Below are positions 32,944-42,578 of a DNA stretch of 64,000 nucleotides, one piece after another. Source of the DNA: an uncultured Haloferula sp. (GTDB lineage: Bacteria; Verrucomicrobiota; Verrucomicrobiia; Verrucomicrobiales; Akkermansiaceae); NCBI GenBank assembly GCA_965652295.1, contig CBFGTS010000003.1:96001-160000 (forward strand), read 5' to 3'. Under the pieces are notes generated by a model, which did no database searches, was not told the origin of the DNA, and was given only the letters and a program-made list of their open reading frames with translations. The translations under genes and the position numbers were made by a program. Within the stretch, counting starts at the first letter, position 1. Each line of letters begins with the position of its first letter.

Positions 32944-33095
32944 TGTAGTGCTTCCGGGCTCTCCACTGGTGTTCAATGCCTTACATTCCGCAAATTCTGC
33001 CACTTCCGGTATTTCTCAGAAAATAAGGGCAATTCGGGCAGGAAACCTCCCAAGTTGGTGTTGCTAAATCCGCAGCGCCGGCTTGAGCTTGGGCT

Positions 33096-34289
33096 ATGGC
33101 AAGGAGGCCGAGTTTCAAGGTGCGCAAAACAGCCCACGGGTGGACCATCAACGTACCGTCGGGTCTTTCCGGGTCTGGAAAACGGGAACGACACTTCCAT
33201 GAAACCAAGGAGAAAGCCACGGCCCATGCCAGCCGTCTTCGCGACCAGTACAGAAGCTTCGGGGAAGCATCGGCCACCATTCGCCCAAGCCTTGCCGAGG
33301 CTGCAACAAGCGCCGAAAAAATCCTGGAGCCGTGGGGCATCTCCCTCGTTGAGGCCGCTAGGATGGTGGCCCGCCTCAAGGAGGCTGAGGCCACAAGCAA
33401 AGTCCTGGAGGAAGCGGTCGATGCATGGCTACTAGCCTGCGAAGGATTGCGGCCCAGAACACTGGATGGCTACCGCCAGACAGCTCGCCTTCTGAAGACC
33501 CACCTCGCGGGCAAGGTCCTTACCTCCATCACGTCTGATCACCTTCAGGATGCTGTCGCCCCCTTGGGGTCAACCGGTGCCGCTACACGCGGGCGAATCA
33601 GAAACTCCAAGGCCTTCTGGAGATGGGCCGCGAAGAAAGGCTGGTGCGACATCAAGGTTTTCGACGGCGTCGAGACACCAAAAAGCGGCCGGGACCATGG
33701 CGAGATCGCCATTCTGACCCCGACGACCGCCGCGCACCTTTTAGCCACAGTAGAAGCTTACTACCCGGCCGCGGTGGCGTCGTACGCACTTCAGCTCTTT
33801 GCGGGCATCCGCACCGAGGAATTGCGCCGCCTCGAAACCCAACATGTATCCCCCGAGGGAATTGAGCTCCCAGCCGAAGTGACGAAGAGAGGCCGAAGGC
33901 GGCACATCACACCAAGCCCCACTTTGAAGGCGTGGCTGGTTGAATACCCGTTCCAACCATGCGCCAATTGGAGGGAGGTCGACAAAGCCTGCCGTCGACT
34001 TTCCGGATGGGACCTTGGTTCCCGATTACTGGAAGCTCGGGACGACTTTGAAATGCTGCCCAAGCCGACCTTGGGAAAATGGCCACAGAACGCCCTCCGG
34101 CACTCGCATGCTTCTTACGCGGTTGCGGTCGGCGTTCCGCTGGAGAGCCTTCTATTCGAGTTCGGCCACGCTGGCTCACCGGCAGTCCTTCGTGAGCACT
34201 ACGTGGGACGGGCCAGTCGGAAGGAAGCCATCGCCTTCTTCGCAATCGGCCCGAACGGCTCTGCCATCCAAAGCGTGGTAGCAGCCTGA
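33096..34289 (+). CDS. Tyrosine recombinase/integrase
   Basis: FAGIRTEEL (R), TKRG (K), NALRHSHASY and GH...REHY (catalytic Tyr); starts about 150 bp from the att site. Confidence 0.9.
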   Translation: MARRPSFKVRKTAHGWTINVPSGLSGSGKRERHFHETKEKATAHASRLRDQYRSFGEASATIRPSLAEAATSAEKILEPWGISLVEAARMVARLKEAEATSKVLEEAVDAWLLACEGLRPRTLDGYRQTARLLKTHLAGKVLTSITSDHLQDAVAPLGSTGAATRGRIRNSKAFWRWAAKKGWCDIKVFDGVETPKSGRDHGEIAILTPTTAAHLLATVEAYYPAAVASYALQLFAGIRTEELRRLETQHVSPEGIELPAEVTKRGRRRHITPSPTLKAWLVEYPFQPCANWREVDKACRRLSGWDLGSRLLEARDDFEMLPKPTLGKWPQNALRHSHASYAVAVGVPLESLLFEFGHAGSPAVLREHYVGRASRKEAIAFFAIGPNGSAIQSVVAA

Positions 34290-34833
34290 GCCTTCACGAA
34301 GCCCTCAGCCTTCACGCCAGCTCCGCAACGGAGGGTCCCGGCCATCGCACTTCAGCGAACAGCCGCTTCAACACCAAGCAACACGCGGATTCTGCCTCTG
34401 ATTCCTTCCACACCTTCCAGATTCGGTCTGTGCTGGGCGTCACGATCGCACATGGGGCCGTCAACCACTATGGCTCAGTCGTTGAAGCAGTGGGCGGTGG
34501 AGGCCACCACTAGCCTCAGTTTCTCGCGGCGTAGAAAGAAGTCCGGCTAATTACTCCCGCCCCTCCCACAGCACCTCCCTCTTGAAGAGCATTCGAGTGG
34601 GCCACGGTAGTGCCTGGAAATCGTCGCCCACGACGGCCCTGCGGAGAACTGACCACGCCGGACCATCCACCCGGTGCTTCCGGCAGCGCAGATAGCGCTG
34701 GTTCTGCTTGCCTCCTTACTACGTGAAAACTGCGCACCACCCCGTGAAGTTTCCAGCCCGGTTGCTGCCGCTTCCCGCCCTTGCGGCCTTCGCTCATTCT
34801 AGCTAGATCCATGGTGAACCCGGCCTTCTACCC

Positions 34834-35697
34834 TTGCCCGACCGCGTCCTCCTCACCTTCACCGGCCTCCACGATCCCTTCGTTCCCACCGCGACCGAGG
34901 GGGTCGTGGAAGCTGGCCCCGTCCTCACGGTTGTCGCCGAGCGTCCGTTCGAGGCCATCTACTTGTTCTCCACCCCCAAGACATCCGAGATCAGCGTCGA
35001 GACAAAGAAGGCCATTCAGGAGAAACACAAGGGCACCAAGGTCGAGATCCTGGACGTCCCGCTGAAGGATCCGACCAACTACCTCGGGATCCTCCGGCAG
35101 CTCCGGAAACACTTCCGCGCGATCCAGCGCCGCCATCCGGACGCCGCGTTCTCCATCTCGGTCTCGTCCGGCACCCCCCACATGCACGCCTCGTGGGTAC
35201 TGCTGACAGCGTCCGGCGAAATCCCGGCAACACTCCTCCAGTCCACCGCCCGTCAGTTCGTCCCCGTGGGAAAATCCCAGGTGCGGGAAATCGACATTCT
35301 GGCGGAGGATTTCCCTCGCATCACCCGGACCCTCGGTAGCCAAGCGCCAGATACTGACGAGGAAGCGGAAATCGCCGCCCTCTGCCACCAGGAGGGCATC
35401 ATCGGCTCGGATCCCGGCTTCCTGCGAGCCCTCCGGGAGGCCTACCTCTTCGGCCAGTATGACGATACCCACGTCCTCCTCCTCGGGGAAACCGGCAGCA
35501 GCGGATCCATGAAGGACATCGGAAAGGTGAAGATGTTGGAAGTCCCGACCCCCCTGCCGCCGATAGACCTTCAAAATCGCTTCGCTGCCCTCGCAAACAA
35601 GATTCAGGGAGAAATCGCAAACGCAACCACTTCATTGGAAGAAGCAGAAAGCCTCTTTACCTCCCTCCAACAACGCGCCTTCCGGGGCGAACTCTAG
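34834..35697 (+). CDS. Chimeric ORF: RtcR-like CARF domain and truncated sigma54-activator AAA start, fused to the C-terminus of type I R-M HsdS
   Basis: VLLTFTGLHDPF...SSGTPHMHASW (RtcR-like CARF); IIGSDP...VLLLGETGS breaks inside Walker A; then SGSMKDIGK..PLPPIDLQNRFA...LFTSLQQRAFRGEL (HsdS end). Confidence 0.75.
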   Translation: MPDRVLLTFTGLHDPFVPTATEGVVEAGPVLTVVAERPFEAIYLFSTPKTSEISVETKKAIQEKHKGTKVEILDVPLKDPTNYLGILRQLRKHFRAIQRRHPDAAFSISVSSGTPHMHASWVLLTASGEIPATLLQSTARQFVPVGKSQVREIDILAEDFPRITRTLGSQAPDTDEEAEIAALCHQEGIIGSDPGFLRALREAYLFGQYDDTHVLLLGETGSSGSMKDIGKVKMLEVPTPLPPIDLQNRFAALANKIQGEIANATTSLEEAESLFTSLQQRAFRGEL

Positions 35698-35720
35698 CAA
35701 GCCATCAACACACAATTACC

Positions 35721-36983
35721 ATGTCAGATCTGGCTCAAGAACTCGATACGTTGTCCGACTCGTGGTCACACGCGCTGACGGTGCTCAAAGGGAACCCCGA
35801 CATTGTGCAAGCGGTAGTGCCTGGGGTGAGCATCGAACAGGTTGATGACACCGTCAAAACGCTGATCCACTGGGCATCCAAAGTGAGAGCCCCACACGGA
35901 TTTCGACCAATTTATCCGATTATCAAGCTTCAGCTTTCAGCTTCTGTGAAGAAGCTGGCTCAACAGGCACAGAACCTGAAAGGCGATCCAACGACTCATT
36001 TCCCGGCTTTCGTTGCACAGCTAGTCCAATGCTTTGCTCCCATTACCGCTGCGTGCACCTTTTCGGAAAAAGCTGAGGCACACAGGATGGTCGCCGATCT
36101 GGGTGGCGAGCTTGGGCAGCATATAGCCTTGATGACGACCGCCCAGAAGGAACTGGACGAAAAAATGGCGCTTCTTGGGAAATCTCAGGAGACCGCGGAC
36201 GAGATTTCCGATCAGGCGGAACAAGCACAGGCTGACGCAACGAAAATCCAGACATTCGTCACTTCACTAGAGGGTCAATCTACAACCGCTGCGTCCCATC
36301 TGGAATCCATTGAATCGGCAAATACCGAGATTGAGGCAGCGAAAACAAGGACAGCGGCCTTGGAAAAGCAGAATGAAACCCTCCAAACCAAGCTTCAGGA
36401 TCAATCGAAGCGTTTGCAGGACCTTATCGAAAAAACAGCCGCTCAACAAAAACTGATCGATGATTTGCTCCCGCGAGGGACCAGCGCAGGTCTGGCTGCT
36501 GCATTCAATCAGCAGCGAATCCGCTTTGGCCGTTCGCAAGCAGGATGGGCTGTCACCTTTCTCATCAGTGTCGGCATGCTGATCACCTTCGCTTGGCACA
36601 TCAAAGCCGGCCTGCCGTCCACCAGCTCATCTGATGTGTGGGCCTATTTGCTGTATCGAATACCGCTGGCTTCTCCAATGATTTGGTTAGGCTGGTTCAG
36701 CGCAATCCAATATGGCAATGTTCTGCGTCTGAAAGAGGACTATGCCTTCAAGGAAGCAACTTCCATGGCGTTTGCCGGTTATCGTGATCATATGGACCAC
36801 CTAGGAGGTCTCGCCGAGCCCGACGGCACTACTGCCCTGAACAAGCTGGCACTAGTAACAATCACCATCCTTGGAAGCGATCCACTCCGTCTTCTCCAAG
36901 GCCAATCGTCAGACGTTTCGCCGCTCGACAAGATTTCTGCTCTTCTGAATGGCACGAAGTCTCAGAAAGATACGAAGGAATAG
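35721..36983 (+). CDS. Hypothetical coiled-coil protein with two C-terminal TM helices
   Basis: Long Q/E/K/A heptad region, TSAGLAAAF, two hydrophobic helices and EDYAFKEA; weaker GC3 bias than the CAZyme genes. Confidence 0.8.
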   Translation: MSDLAQELDTLSDSWSHALTVLKGNPDIVQAVVPGVSIEQVDDTVKTLIHWASKVRAPHGFRPIYPIIKLQLSASVKKLAQQAQNLKGDPTTHFPAFVAQLVQCFAPITAACTFSEKAEAHRMVADLGGELGQHIALMTTAQKELDEKMALLGKSQETADEISDQAEQAQADATKIQTFVTSLEGQSTTAASHLESIESANTEIEAAKTRTAALEKQNETLQTKLQDQSKRLQDLIEKTAAQQKLIDDLLPRGTSAGLAAAFNQQRIRFGRSQAGWAVTFLISVGMLITFAWHIKAGLPSTSSSDVWAYLLYRIPLASPMIWLGWFSAIQYGNVLRLKEDYAFKEATSMAFAGYRDHMDHLGGLAEPDGTTALNKLALVTITILGSDPLRLLQGQSSDVSPLDKISALLNGTKSQKDTKE

Positions 36984-37117
36984 CTCCCTATCACGCTTGA
37001 AGCACAAGACTGAGTTCCGCGTCTCCAACGAATTTTCCGAAGCATAACCACTTATCGAAAAACAGGCTCCGACTGTCCCGCGTGCCGGCAATACCCTGAT
37101 TATTCCAAATCGACCGT

Positions 37118-37561
37118 ATGCATCAATCCCTCCCCAATATTGACTTTGCTTCCATTCGCCCACTTCGCGGGAAGCAGACGGACGGCTTCGAAGAGCTGTC
37201 CGTCCAGCTGTTCCACGGCGAAACCGAAGGCCACGGGGAGTTCTTCGCCATCGAGGGATCTGGCGGCGACGGAGGAGTCGAGGCCTACCGCACACGCGCG
37301 GATGACACCAAGGTGGCCGTCCAGTCCAAGTATTTCGACCAGCTCGGCACCGCCCAATGGAACCAGATCACCAAATCCGTTAAGTCCGCGCTTGAGAATC
37401 ATCCCACGCTCCGCGCCTACATCGTCTCGACCCCGCTGAATCGGACTCCCGCCCAGACGGAGAAGTGGAAGGCCCTCACCGCCGAGTGGCCCGCTTGGTC
37501 AGCGTCTTCGTCGGACCGTCAGCGGCAAACCAAGAAAACCCAGTGCTATGGTGGTCGTTGA
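37118..37561 (+). pseudogene. N-terminal PD-(D/E)xK nuclease-like fragment resembling the start of STAND/NACHT (Avs-like) defence proteins
   Basis: GFEEL...GSGGDGGVE...VQSKYF...WNQITKSVKSAL motif; the ORF runs into the convergent gene after about 125 aa with no NTPase domain. Confidence 0.6.
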
Positions 37562-38128
37562 AATCTCTGGAACGACGGCAATCGTGCCGGCCCATGGTCC
37601 TAAAACCACCAGCCCTGCTTGAGGCAGCTTTGCCGGGAGGGAAAGCAGGTTCTCCCCGTCCGATAGCAAAACCGCCGCCAACTCAGGGTCATTCAATGCT
37701 GCCTCATACACCTCGTAGGTGATGAAGGCAGGAATCCCAATCGGAGGCCACAAGACATCGGTATCAGGATCGAAACTCACGAAGCCATCCGCGGGAGTTG
37801 AGAGCCAAGGGTTGGCCGGAATAGGCGAGAGGGTAGGAAGCTCGATGAATTCCGAGAACGCCAGCGAGATGGCGATGTCATCGCCCGACATCGTCGAGAT
37901 CAGCTCAAGCTCGGAAGAAGCGGAGCATCCCTTCGGTATCCACACCGAGTAGCTCACGCTATCCCCGTCGACGTGAAAAAATGCCGCGGCGTTGACCATC
38001 CATCGTTCTTTTCCATCAGAGGTGGAATACTCGAAGGGCATCTTGAGCCGTGCCTCAAGAATCGTCGCCGCTTGTAGCGAAAGCGCTTGGGCCAAAAGCC
38101 AGACTGCAATTCCGATACTCCGAAACAT
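37499..38128 (-). CDS. PEP-CTERM-like secreted protein
   Basis: Signal peptide MFRSIGIAVWLLAQALSLQA; C-terminus VPEISTTTIALGFLGLPLTVRRRR. Confidence 0.75.
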   Translation of the reverse strand: MFRSIGIAVWLLAQALSLQAATILEARLKMPFEYSTSDGKERWMVNAAAFFHVDGDSVSYSVWIPKGCSASSELELISTMSGDDIAISLAFSEFIELPTLSPIPANPWLSTPADGFVSFDPDTDVLWPPIGIPAFITYEVYEAALNDPELAAVLLSDGENLLSLPAKLPQAGLVVLGPWAGTIAVVPEISTTTIALGFLGLPLTVRRRR

Positions 38129-38189
38129 GCCGAAGTAGGCGACCTCAGTGTGAAAACTGCAAACACGAAGTGAATACCTGAGGCCGGGA

Positions 38190-38610
38190 TTAAAATCCAC
38201 CGATCCGCTCCGACTCGACGTCGGACTCCCCCAGATCTGCATCGGCCACCTCATCGGCTGTGATCGCCCCGCTCATCCGCGCCCCGCAGGCGATGCAGCC
38301 AAGGATCCCATCGCCCCGGTCGGGGCTCTTCAGCCCTTCCTTTCGCATCTTCTCCTTGTCCTCCACGCGAAGCCGCCCTTTGACGTCCCATTCGCTTCGG
38401 CGCGTCGTGAGCTGCCGTGACGTGATCGGATCGATGACCCGAGGTGGATCCGGCCGCGCTCGATCTCCCTGACCCCGACGTGCCAGACCTCGGCGATCAG
38501 GTTGGCGTATTCCTCGGGCTCGCTCGATGGGTGCCACCATGGAAGCGATTGATCCGCCAACCCAGCTCGGCGAGCATGTCGATGAAGACGGTCCCGAGCC
38601 CGTCCTCACC
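38190..38610 (-). pseudogene. Phage terminase large subunit, C-terminal nuclease-domain remnant
   Basis: Across two frameshifts (about 38531 and 38437): GEDGLGTVFIDMLAELGWRINRFHGG / EYANLIAEVW / QLTTRR...VEDKEKMRKEGLKSPDRGDG. Confidence 0.7.
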
Positions 38611-38838
38611 GATCTTTGATCAGTCGGCCGCTGGCAAGAATCTCAACGAGCGAGAGATGTTTGCCGTCCAGAGGACCGTGAGGTCATGAGTCTTCCGGTA
38701 GCCGACCACCGAGAAGAGGTGCCGCCGCGGTTCGGAGGAAATAGTCCAGAACGACGCTCACGAAACGGCGTCCATCTCCCCCTCCGAAAGCTCGAATCCC
38801 ATCCACATTCCCCAAAGTTTTTGGCGTCCCCCCTTACG

Positions 38839-38940
38839 TAACTCATTGATAATCGACCTCGGAATTTCATTTTGGCGTACTGTTTTCGGAAAAAGTGTCC
38901 CAAAATAGCGCGCCACTACCCCTTGATTATCAAAGAATTG
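38839..38940. promoter_or_regulatory. Two IHF-consensus sites in an AT-rich noncoding stretch
   Basis: TATCAATGAGTTA (minus strand, 38839-38851) and TATCAAAGAATTG (plus strand, 38928-38940) both match WATCAANNNNTTR. Confidence 0.45.
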
Positions 38941-39158
38941 AACAATCCGACATAGCGCCAGAATGAAAAAATAGTTTGTCCAAGTGTAATGTAGGCCCTT
39001 TCTGGCGCTCCAAACGGTCCGTTTCTTAGGTCCTGCGGCACGTGAAGGGGACGCTGAAATTCCCTGCTTCAGGGGGGCATCGAAAGAAGAGCCGAGGGGC
39101 AACTCAGGCAGTCCGACCGGAGGCCGACGAAAATCGGAATCGGTGCATTCCGCCGCTT

Positions 39159-40448
39159 CTACGCCACTTCATCCTGTACCCCCGCATTCAGCTGTTTCAA
39201 ACCGTCCTGAATGAGCAGCAGGATCAGAACCCATCCGACGATTCCTAGAATCAAGCCCTTCAGATAATATTCCCACGGAGTTCCCACCAAGGGAACCACC
39301 AATGGGCTATTCCAAAGAGCGTGAAGACCTACGACGAAGAGAAAAACCCGGAGGAACCGAGAATCCAGCAGCATTGAGAAGGCGAAGGCTTTCTTACCCA
39401 TGACCCGCCACAGCGCGGCCCCCGTTGCCGCCGTCCAGATCACGTGTGCGAAGGGAGACAGGAATGCCCTTTCCACCTGTATGCTCGTCCCCGAATACCC
39501 ACCGGCATCAAATCGCAGCGTGTAACCGACCGTCTCGAACGCGGAGAATCCTGCACCGACTGCCGCACCCATCAACATCCCGTTGATGCTCCAGTGGAGG
39601 TGCTTCCAGTGGTGGGCGAAAAACACCAACGCGAGCACCTTTCCCAACTCTTCAATCGGCCCCGCCGCCATCACCCCGAACCATGTAAGCAGCCCAGTCG
39701 CTTCGAATAGAAAGAGGCTTGCAATCATGGAAATGAGACCTCCTCCGATAAACAGCAAAATCACCCGGGTGAGGCTGACGTTTCTCGCCACGTTGACCTC
39801 GAAGAAGAAGATAAGGACTGAAAATGGAACCGCGATCGCTCCAGTCATCAGCCAGCCCGGGTAGAGGTTCAGATTGTCAAACCGCACCAAAGCCCAAAAG
39901 AAGCCGCCTGCCGCAAGGAGCGAGAGGATCAAGAGACGCAGAAAGATCCACGGGCTAGGCCAGGCCACGCCTACTTCCTCCGGTGAGGGCGTCGTGGCCG
40001 AAGTGCCTGCCGCGAAAAGATCCTCGATCTCCTGAAGGGACCCTTTGCGGAACATCCCCGTAAACAGATTTTTGAGAGACTGGTCTTCGAGGCCCTCCAG
40101 TCCTGAGACCTTCGTGACCCCTCCTATCATGCCAGTCCATGCCGTTTTTCCAGTGTTGCCGGTTCGAGCCGTGTGCGGCGATTTCACCCGGAGTTTCAGA
40201 GGCGCGGCGGGTAGGCCCTCTGGGAGAGGGAGCCACGTTTCAGTTCCCTCCGCAGCGATTCGGGTGCTGTCTCCTAAAATCCCGCAAGCATGCAGCTCCC
40301 GAAGAGTTCCAGCAGAGACCGGACCGTGAACGTTCTCGTCGTCCGAGGTGTAGAACCACCGAGGCTCCAATGGGGGCGGCTGGCTTGAGATCGCGGCACC
40401 TGGGGCAAACGTCGCCGGGGAAGCGACCGATTCAGAAATCTCACTCAC
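39159..40448 (-). CDS. PrsW-family intramembrane metalloprotease with N-terminal GYF_2 (DUF4339) domain
   Basis: WFY...HGPVS...W (GYF_2); EELGK, GFSAFE, HVIWT and HALWN motifs; multiple TM helices. Confidence 0.88.
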   Translation of the reverse strand: MSEISESVASPATFAPGAAISSQPPPLEPRWFYTSDDENVHGPVSAGTLRELHACGILGDSTRIAAEGTETWLPLPEGLPAAPLKLRVKSPHTARTGNTGKTAWTGMIGGVTKVSGLEGLEDQSLKNLFTGMFRKGSLQEIEDLFAAGTSATTPSPEEVGVAWPSPWIFLRLLILSLLAAGGFFWALVRFDNLNLYPGWLMTGAIAVPFSVLIFFFEVNVARNVSLTRVILLFIGGGLISMIASLFLFEATGLLTWFGVMAAGPIEELGKVLALVFFAHHWKHLHWSINGMLMGAAVGAGFSAFETVGYTLRFDAGGYSGTSIQVERAFLSPFAHVIWTAATGAALWRVMGKKAFAFSMLLDSRFLRVFLFVVGLHALWNSPLVVPLVGTPWEYYLKGLILGIVGWVLILLLIQDGLKQLNAGVQDEVA

Positions 40449-40519
40449 GCCAGCGAGCCAACACTACCGTGGGTGAGGTGTAAAGAATCTGCGTTCGTCA
40501 CTACGGTCGAGGTTCATTG

Positions 40520-40750
40520 ATGGAAAAACCGACGGTCGATGCCCTGTACCAGCGTCTTCGCGAGCTGCGCCAGCAACGCGGTTGGACGCAGGAGCAGTTC
40601 GCAGAGGCCTCCGGCATTTCCTACAAATACTACCAAGCGGTCGAAGCTGGACGTAAGCGCGACCTCCGCCTTTCGACCCTGATCCGTTTGGCGAAGGCCC
40701 ATGATCTGGCGGTGTGGGAGCTCCTGCGGTTTCCGGAAGCTGATCGCTAG
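40520..40750 (+). CDS. XRE-family HTH transcriptional regulator
   Basis: LRELRQQRGWTQEQFAEASGISYKYYQAVEAG. Confidence 0.88.
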   Translation: MEKPTVDALYQRLRELRQQRGWTQEQFAEASGISYKYYQAVEAGRKRDLRLSTLIRLAKAHDLAVWELLRFPEADR

Positions 40751-41027
40751 CAGGTTCAAGCACTGACCGCCCGACATCTGAGTCAGCGGAGGTGTCCAGA
40801 TCGGCCTCCAGCCCGGCGGCGGCAAGATGCAGACCGGCTACCTCTGGAAACTGGCTCTTTATCGGCAACTGTCAGAGCTTGGTCCTTCATCGGTTGCTTG
40901 CGTTGGTATCGTTGCGTGTTCCTTCGTCAGCTCTGACACCTTCCTCCCCCGACAGCGCATTGCCGGAAAGAAGGCCTCGAAGTTCTTCCTCTAGGCGCAT
41001 TTTCTCATATGATTCGCAAATCCCCCC

Positions 41028-41050
41028 ATTTAAAGAGTTCTGTTTCTTTT
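41028..41050. promoter_or_regulatory. Degenerate copy of the 26-bp operator, upstream of nirK
   Basis: ATTTAAAGAGTTCTGTTTCTTTT versus ATTTAAAGAAATTTATTTCCTTT. Confidence 0.5.
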
Positions 41051-41122
41051 TTTCTTTTTTTCTACCTACCGGACCCCAATCTGCCTTTGAATCAAACATT
41101 CAAACCAACCCTACCGTTTATC

Positions 41123-42562
41123 TTGAAGACCTCGCTTATCACCTTAGCCTACTTTGCCTTCGCCTTGGTGGCAGCGAAGGGACAGCACGTGCCCGTGACC
41201 GCTCCGTCCGAATCGGGAGACGCTCCGCTTCAGGGTGAAGAGGTAGCCATCCTTACCGACGCTCCGAATGTTCCTCCTCCCATCACCCGCGATCACCCGA
41301 GCAAGGTGAAGGTGGAGCTTGAAGTCACCGAGGTGGTTAAGCGCATGGCCGATGGCGTCGATTACACCTTTTGGACGTTCGGCGGCAGCGTGCCAGGCAA
41401 GTTCATCCGCGTACGCCAGAACGACGAGGTCGACTTCACGCTCAAAAACCATCCGTCGAGCAAGATGCCGCATAACATCGACCTCCACGCGGTGACGGGG
41501 CCGGGCGGCGGTGCGAAGGCGACCTTCACCGCACCGGGCTACCAAACGAACTTCTCGTTCAAGGCCGTCAACCCCGGTCTCTACGTCTACCACTGCGCGA
41601 CCGCACCTGTCGGCATGCACATCGCCAACGGGATGTATGGCCTGATCCTCGTCGAACCGAAGGAAGGCCTCCCGCCCATCGACAAGGAGTTCTACGTCGT
41701 CCAAGGCGACTTCTACACCACCGGGAAGTATGGCGAGCGTGGCTTGCAGGGCTTCAGCATGGAAAAGGCCCTTGAGGAGAACCCCGACTATGTGGTTTTC
41801 AACGGCGCGGTCGGCTCCCTTACCGGCGAAAAGGCGCTCAAGGCCTCGAAGGGTGAAACCGTCCGCCTCTACGTCGGGAACGGCGGCCCCAACCTCGTCT
41901 CGTCGTTTCACGTCATCGGCGAAATCTTCGACCGCGTCTACACCGAGGGGGGCAGCCGCGTGCAGGAGAACGTCCAGACGACTCTCATTCCGGCCGGGGG
42001 CGCTACGATCTGTGAATTCAAGCTGGAGACGACGGGTGACTTCATCCTGGTGGATCACTCGATCTTCCGCGCCTTTAACAAGGGGGCGTTGGGCATCCTT
42101 GATGTCAGCGGAGATCCGGACCTGGCAGTGTTCTCGGGACAGAAGAAGGACGAGGTTTACCTTCCAGAAGGCGGAGTGGTGCAGACGATCCCCAGCCACG
42201 GCGAAGCAGCGCCCGCCGCCGCTACCACGGACGAACGCACCGCGGCCGGGAAGATCATTTACGATGCCAACTGTGCGGCCTGCCACCTGCCTACCGGTAC
42301 CGGCGTTCCGAACGCTTTCCCGCCGCTGGCGAAGTCGGATTTCCTCAACGCGGATGTCGACCGCGCCATCGGAGTCGTGCTCAACGGCCTGGAGGGTGAA
42401 GTCACCGTCAACGGCGCGACCTACAACAGCATCATGCCCAAGCTCGGCCTCGATGACGAAGCCGTCGCCAACGTCCTGACCTACGTTTACTCGGAGTGGG
42501 AGAACTCGGGCAAGGAAGTCACCCCGGACCAAGTGGCCAAGGTGCGTGCCGCCCATCCCTGA
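41123..42562 (+). CDS. nirK: Copper-containing nitrite reductase with C-terminal cytochrome c domain
   Basis: [38 protein letters not shown] and LVDHS motifs; C-terminal CAACH. TTG start chosen before the signal peptide. Confidence 0.95.
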   Translation: MKTSLITLAYFAFALVAAKGQHVPVTAPSESGDAPLQGEEVAILTDAPNVPPPITRDHPSKVKVELEVTEVVKRMADGVDYTFWTFGGSVPGKFIRVRQNDEVDFTLKNHPSSKMPHNIDLHAVTGPGGGAKATFTAPGYQTNFSFKAVNPGLYVYHCATAPVGMHIANGMYGLILVEPKEGLPPIDKEFYVVQGDFYTTGKYGERGLQGFSMEKALEENPDYVVFNGAVGSLTGEKALKASKGETVRLYVGNGGPNLVSSFHVIGEIFDRVYTEGGSRVQENVQTTLIPAGGATICEFKLETTGDFILVDHSIFRAFNKGALGILDVSGDPDLAVFSGQKKDEVYLPEGGVVQTIPSHGEAAPAAATTDERTAAGKIIYDANCAACHLPTGTGVPNAFPPLAKSDFLNADVDRAIGVVLNGLEGEVTVNGATYNSIMPKLGLDDEAVANVLTYVYSEWENSGKEVTPDQVAKVRAAHP

Positions 42563-42578
42563 GCCTCACTGCCCAACC

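Larger units (their letters stand above)
32888..40750. mobile_element. Integrative element/decayed prophage-like island at tRNA-Leu (minimum extent; right boundary not seen)
   Basis: tRNA 3' fragment, adjacent tyrosine integrase, defence and terminase remnants, and more AT-rich cargo. Confidence 0.7.

Noticed and set aside
34289..34316. Direct repeat AGCCTTCACG x2 after the integrase
   Set aside because: Too short to call; it might be an arm-type site but nothing supports that.
34532..34556. Resemblance to a 16S rRNA segment (AGAAAGAAGTCCGGCTAATTAC)
   Set aside because: Only about 20 nt with mismatches and no flanking rRNA similarity; chance.
39060..39077. TTCCCTGCTTCAGGGGGG resembling the CAZyme-regulon box
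   Set aside because: It lies in the island downstream of a convergent gene with no target start nearby; probably chance in GC-rich DNA.
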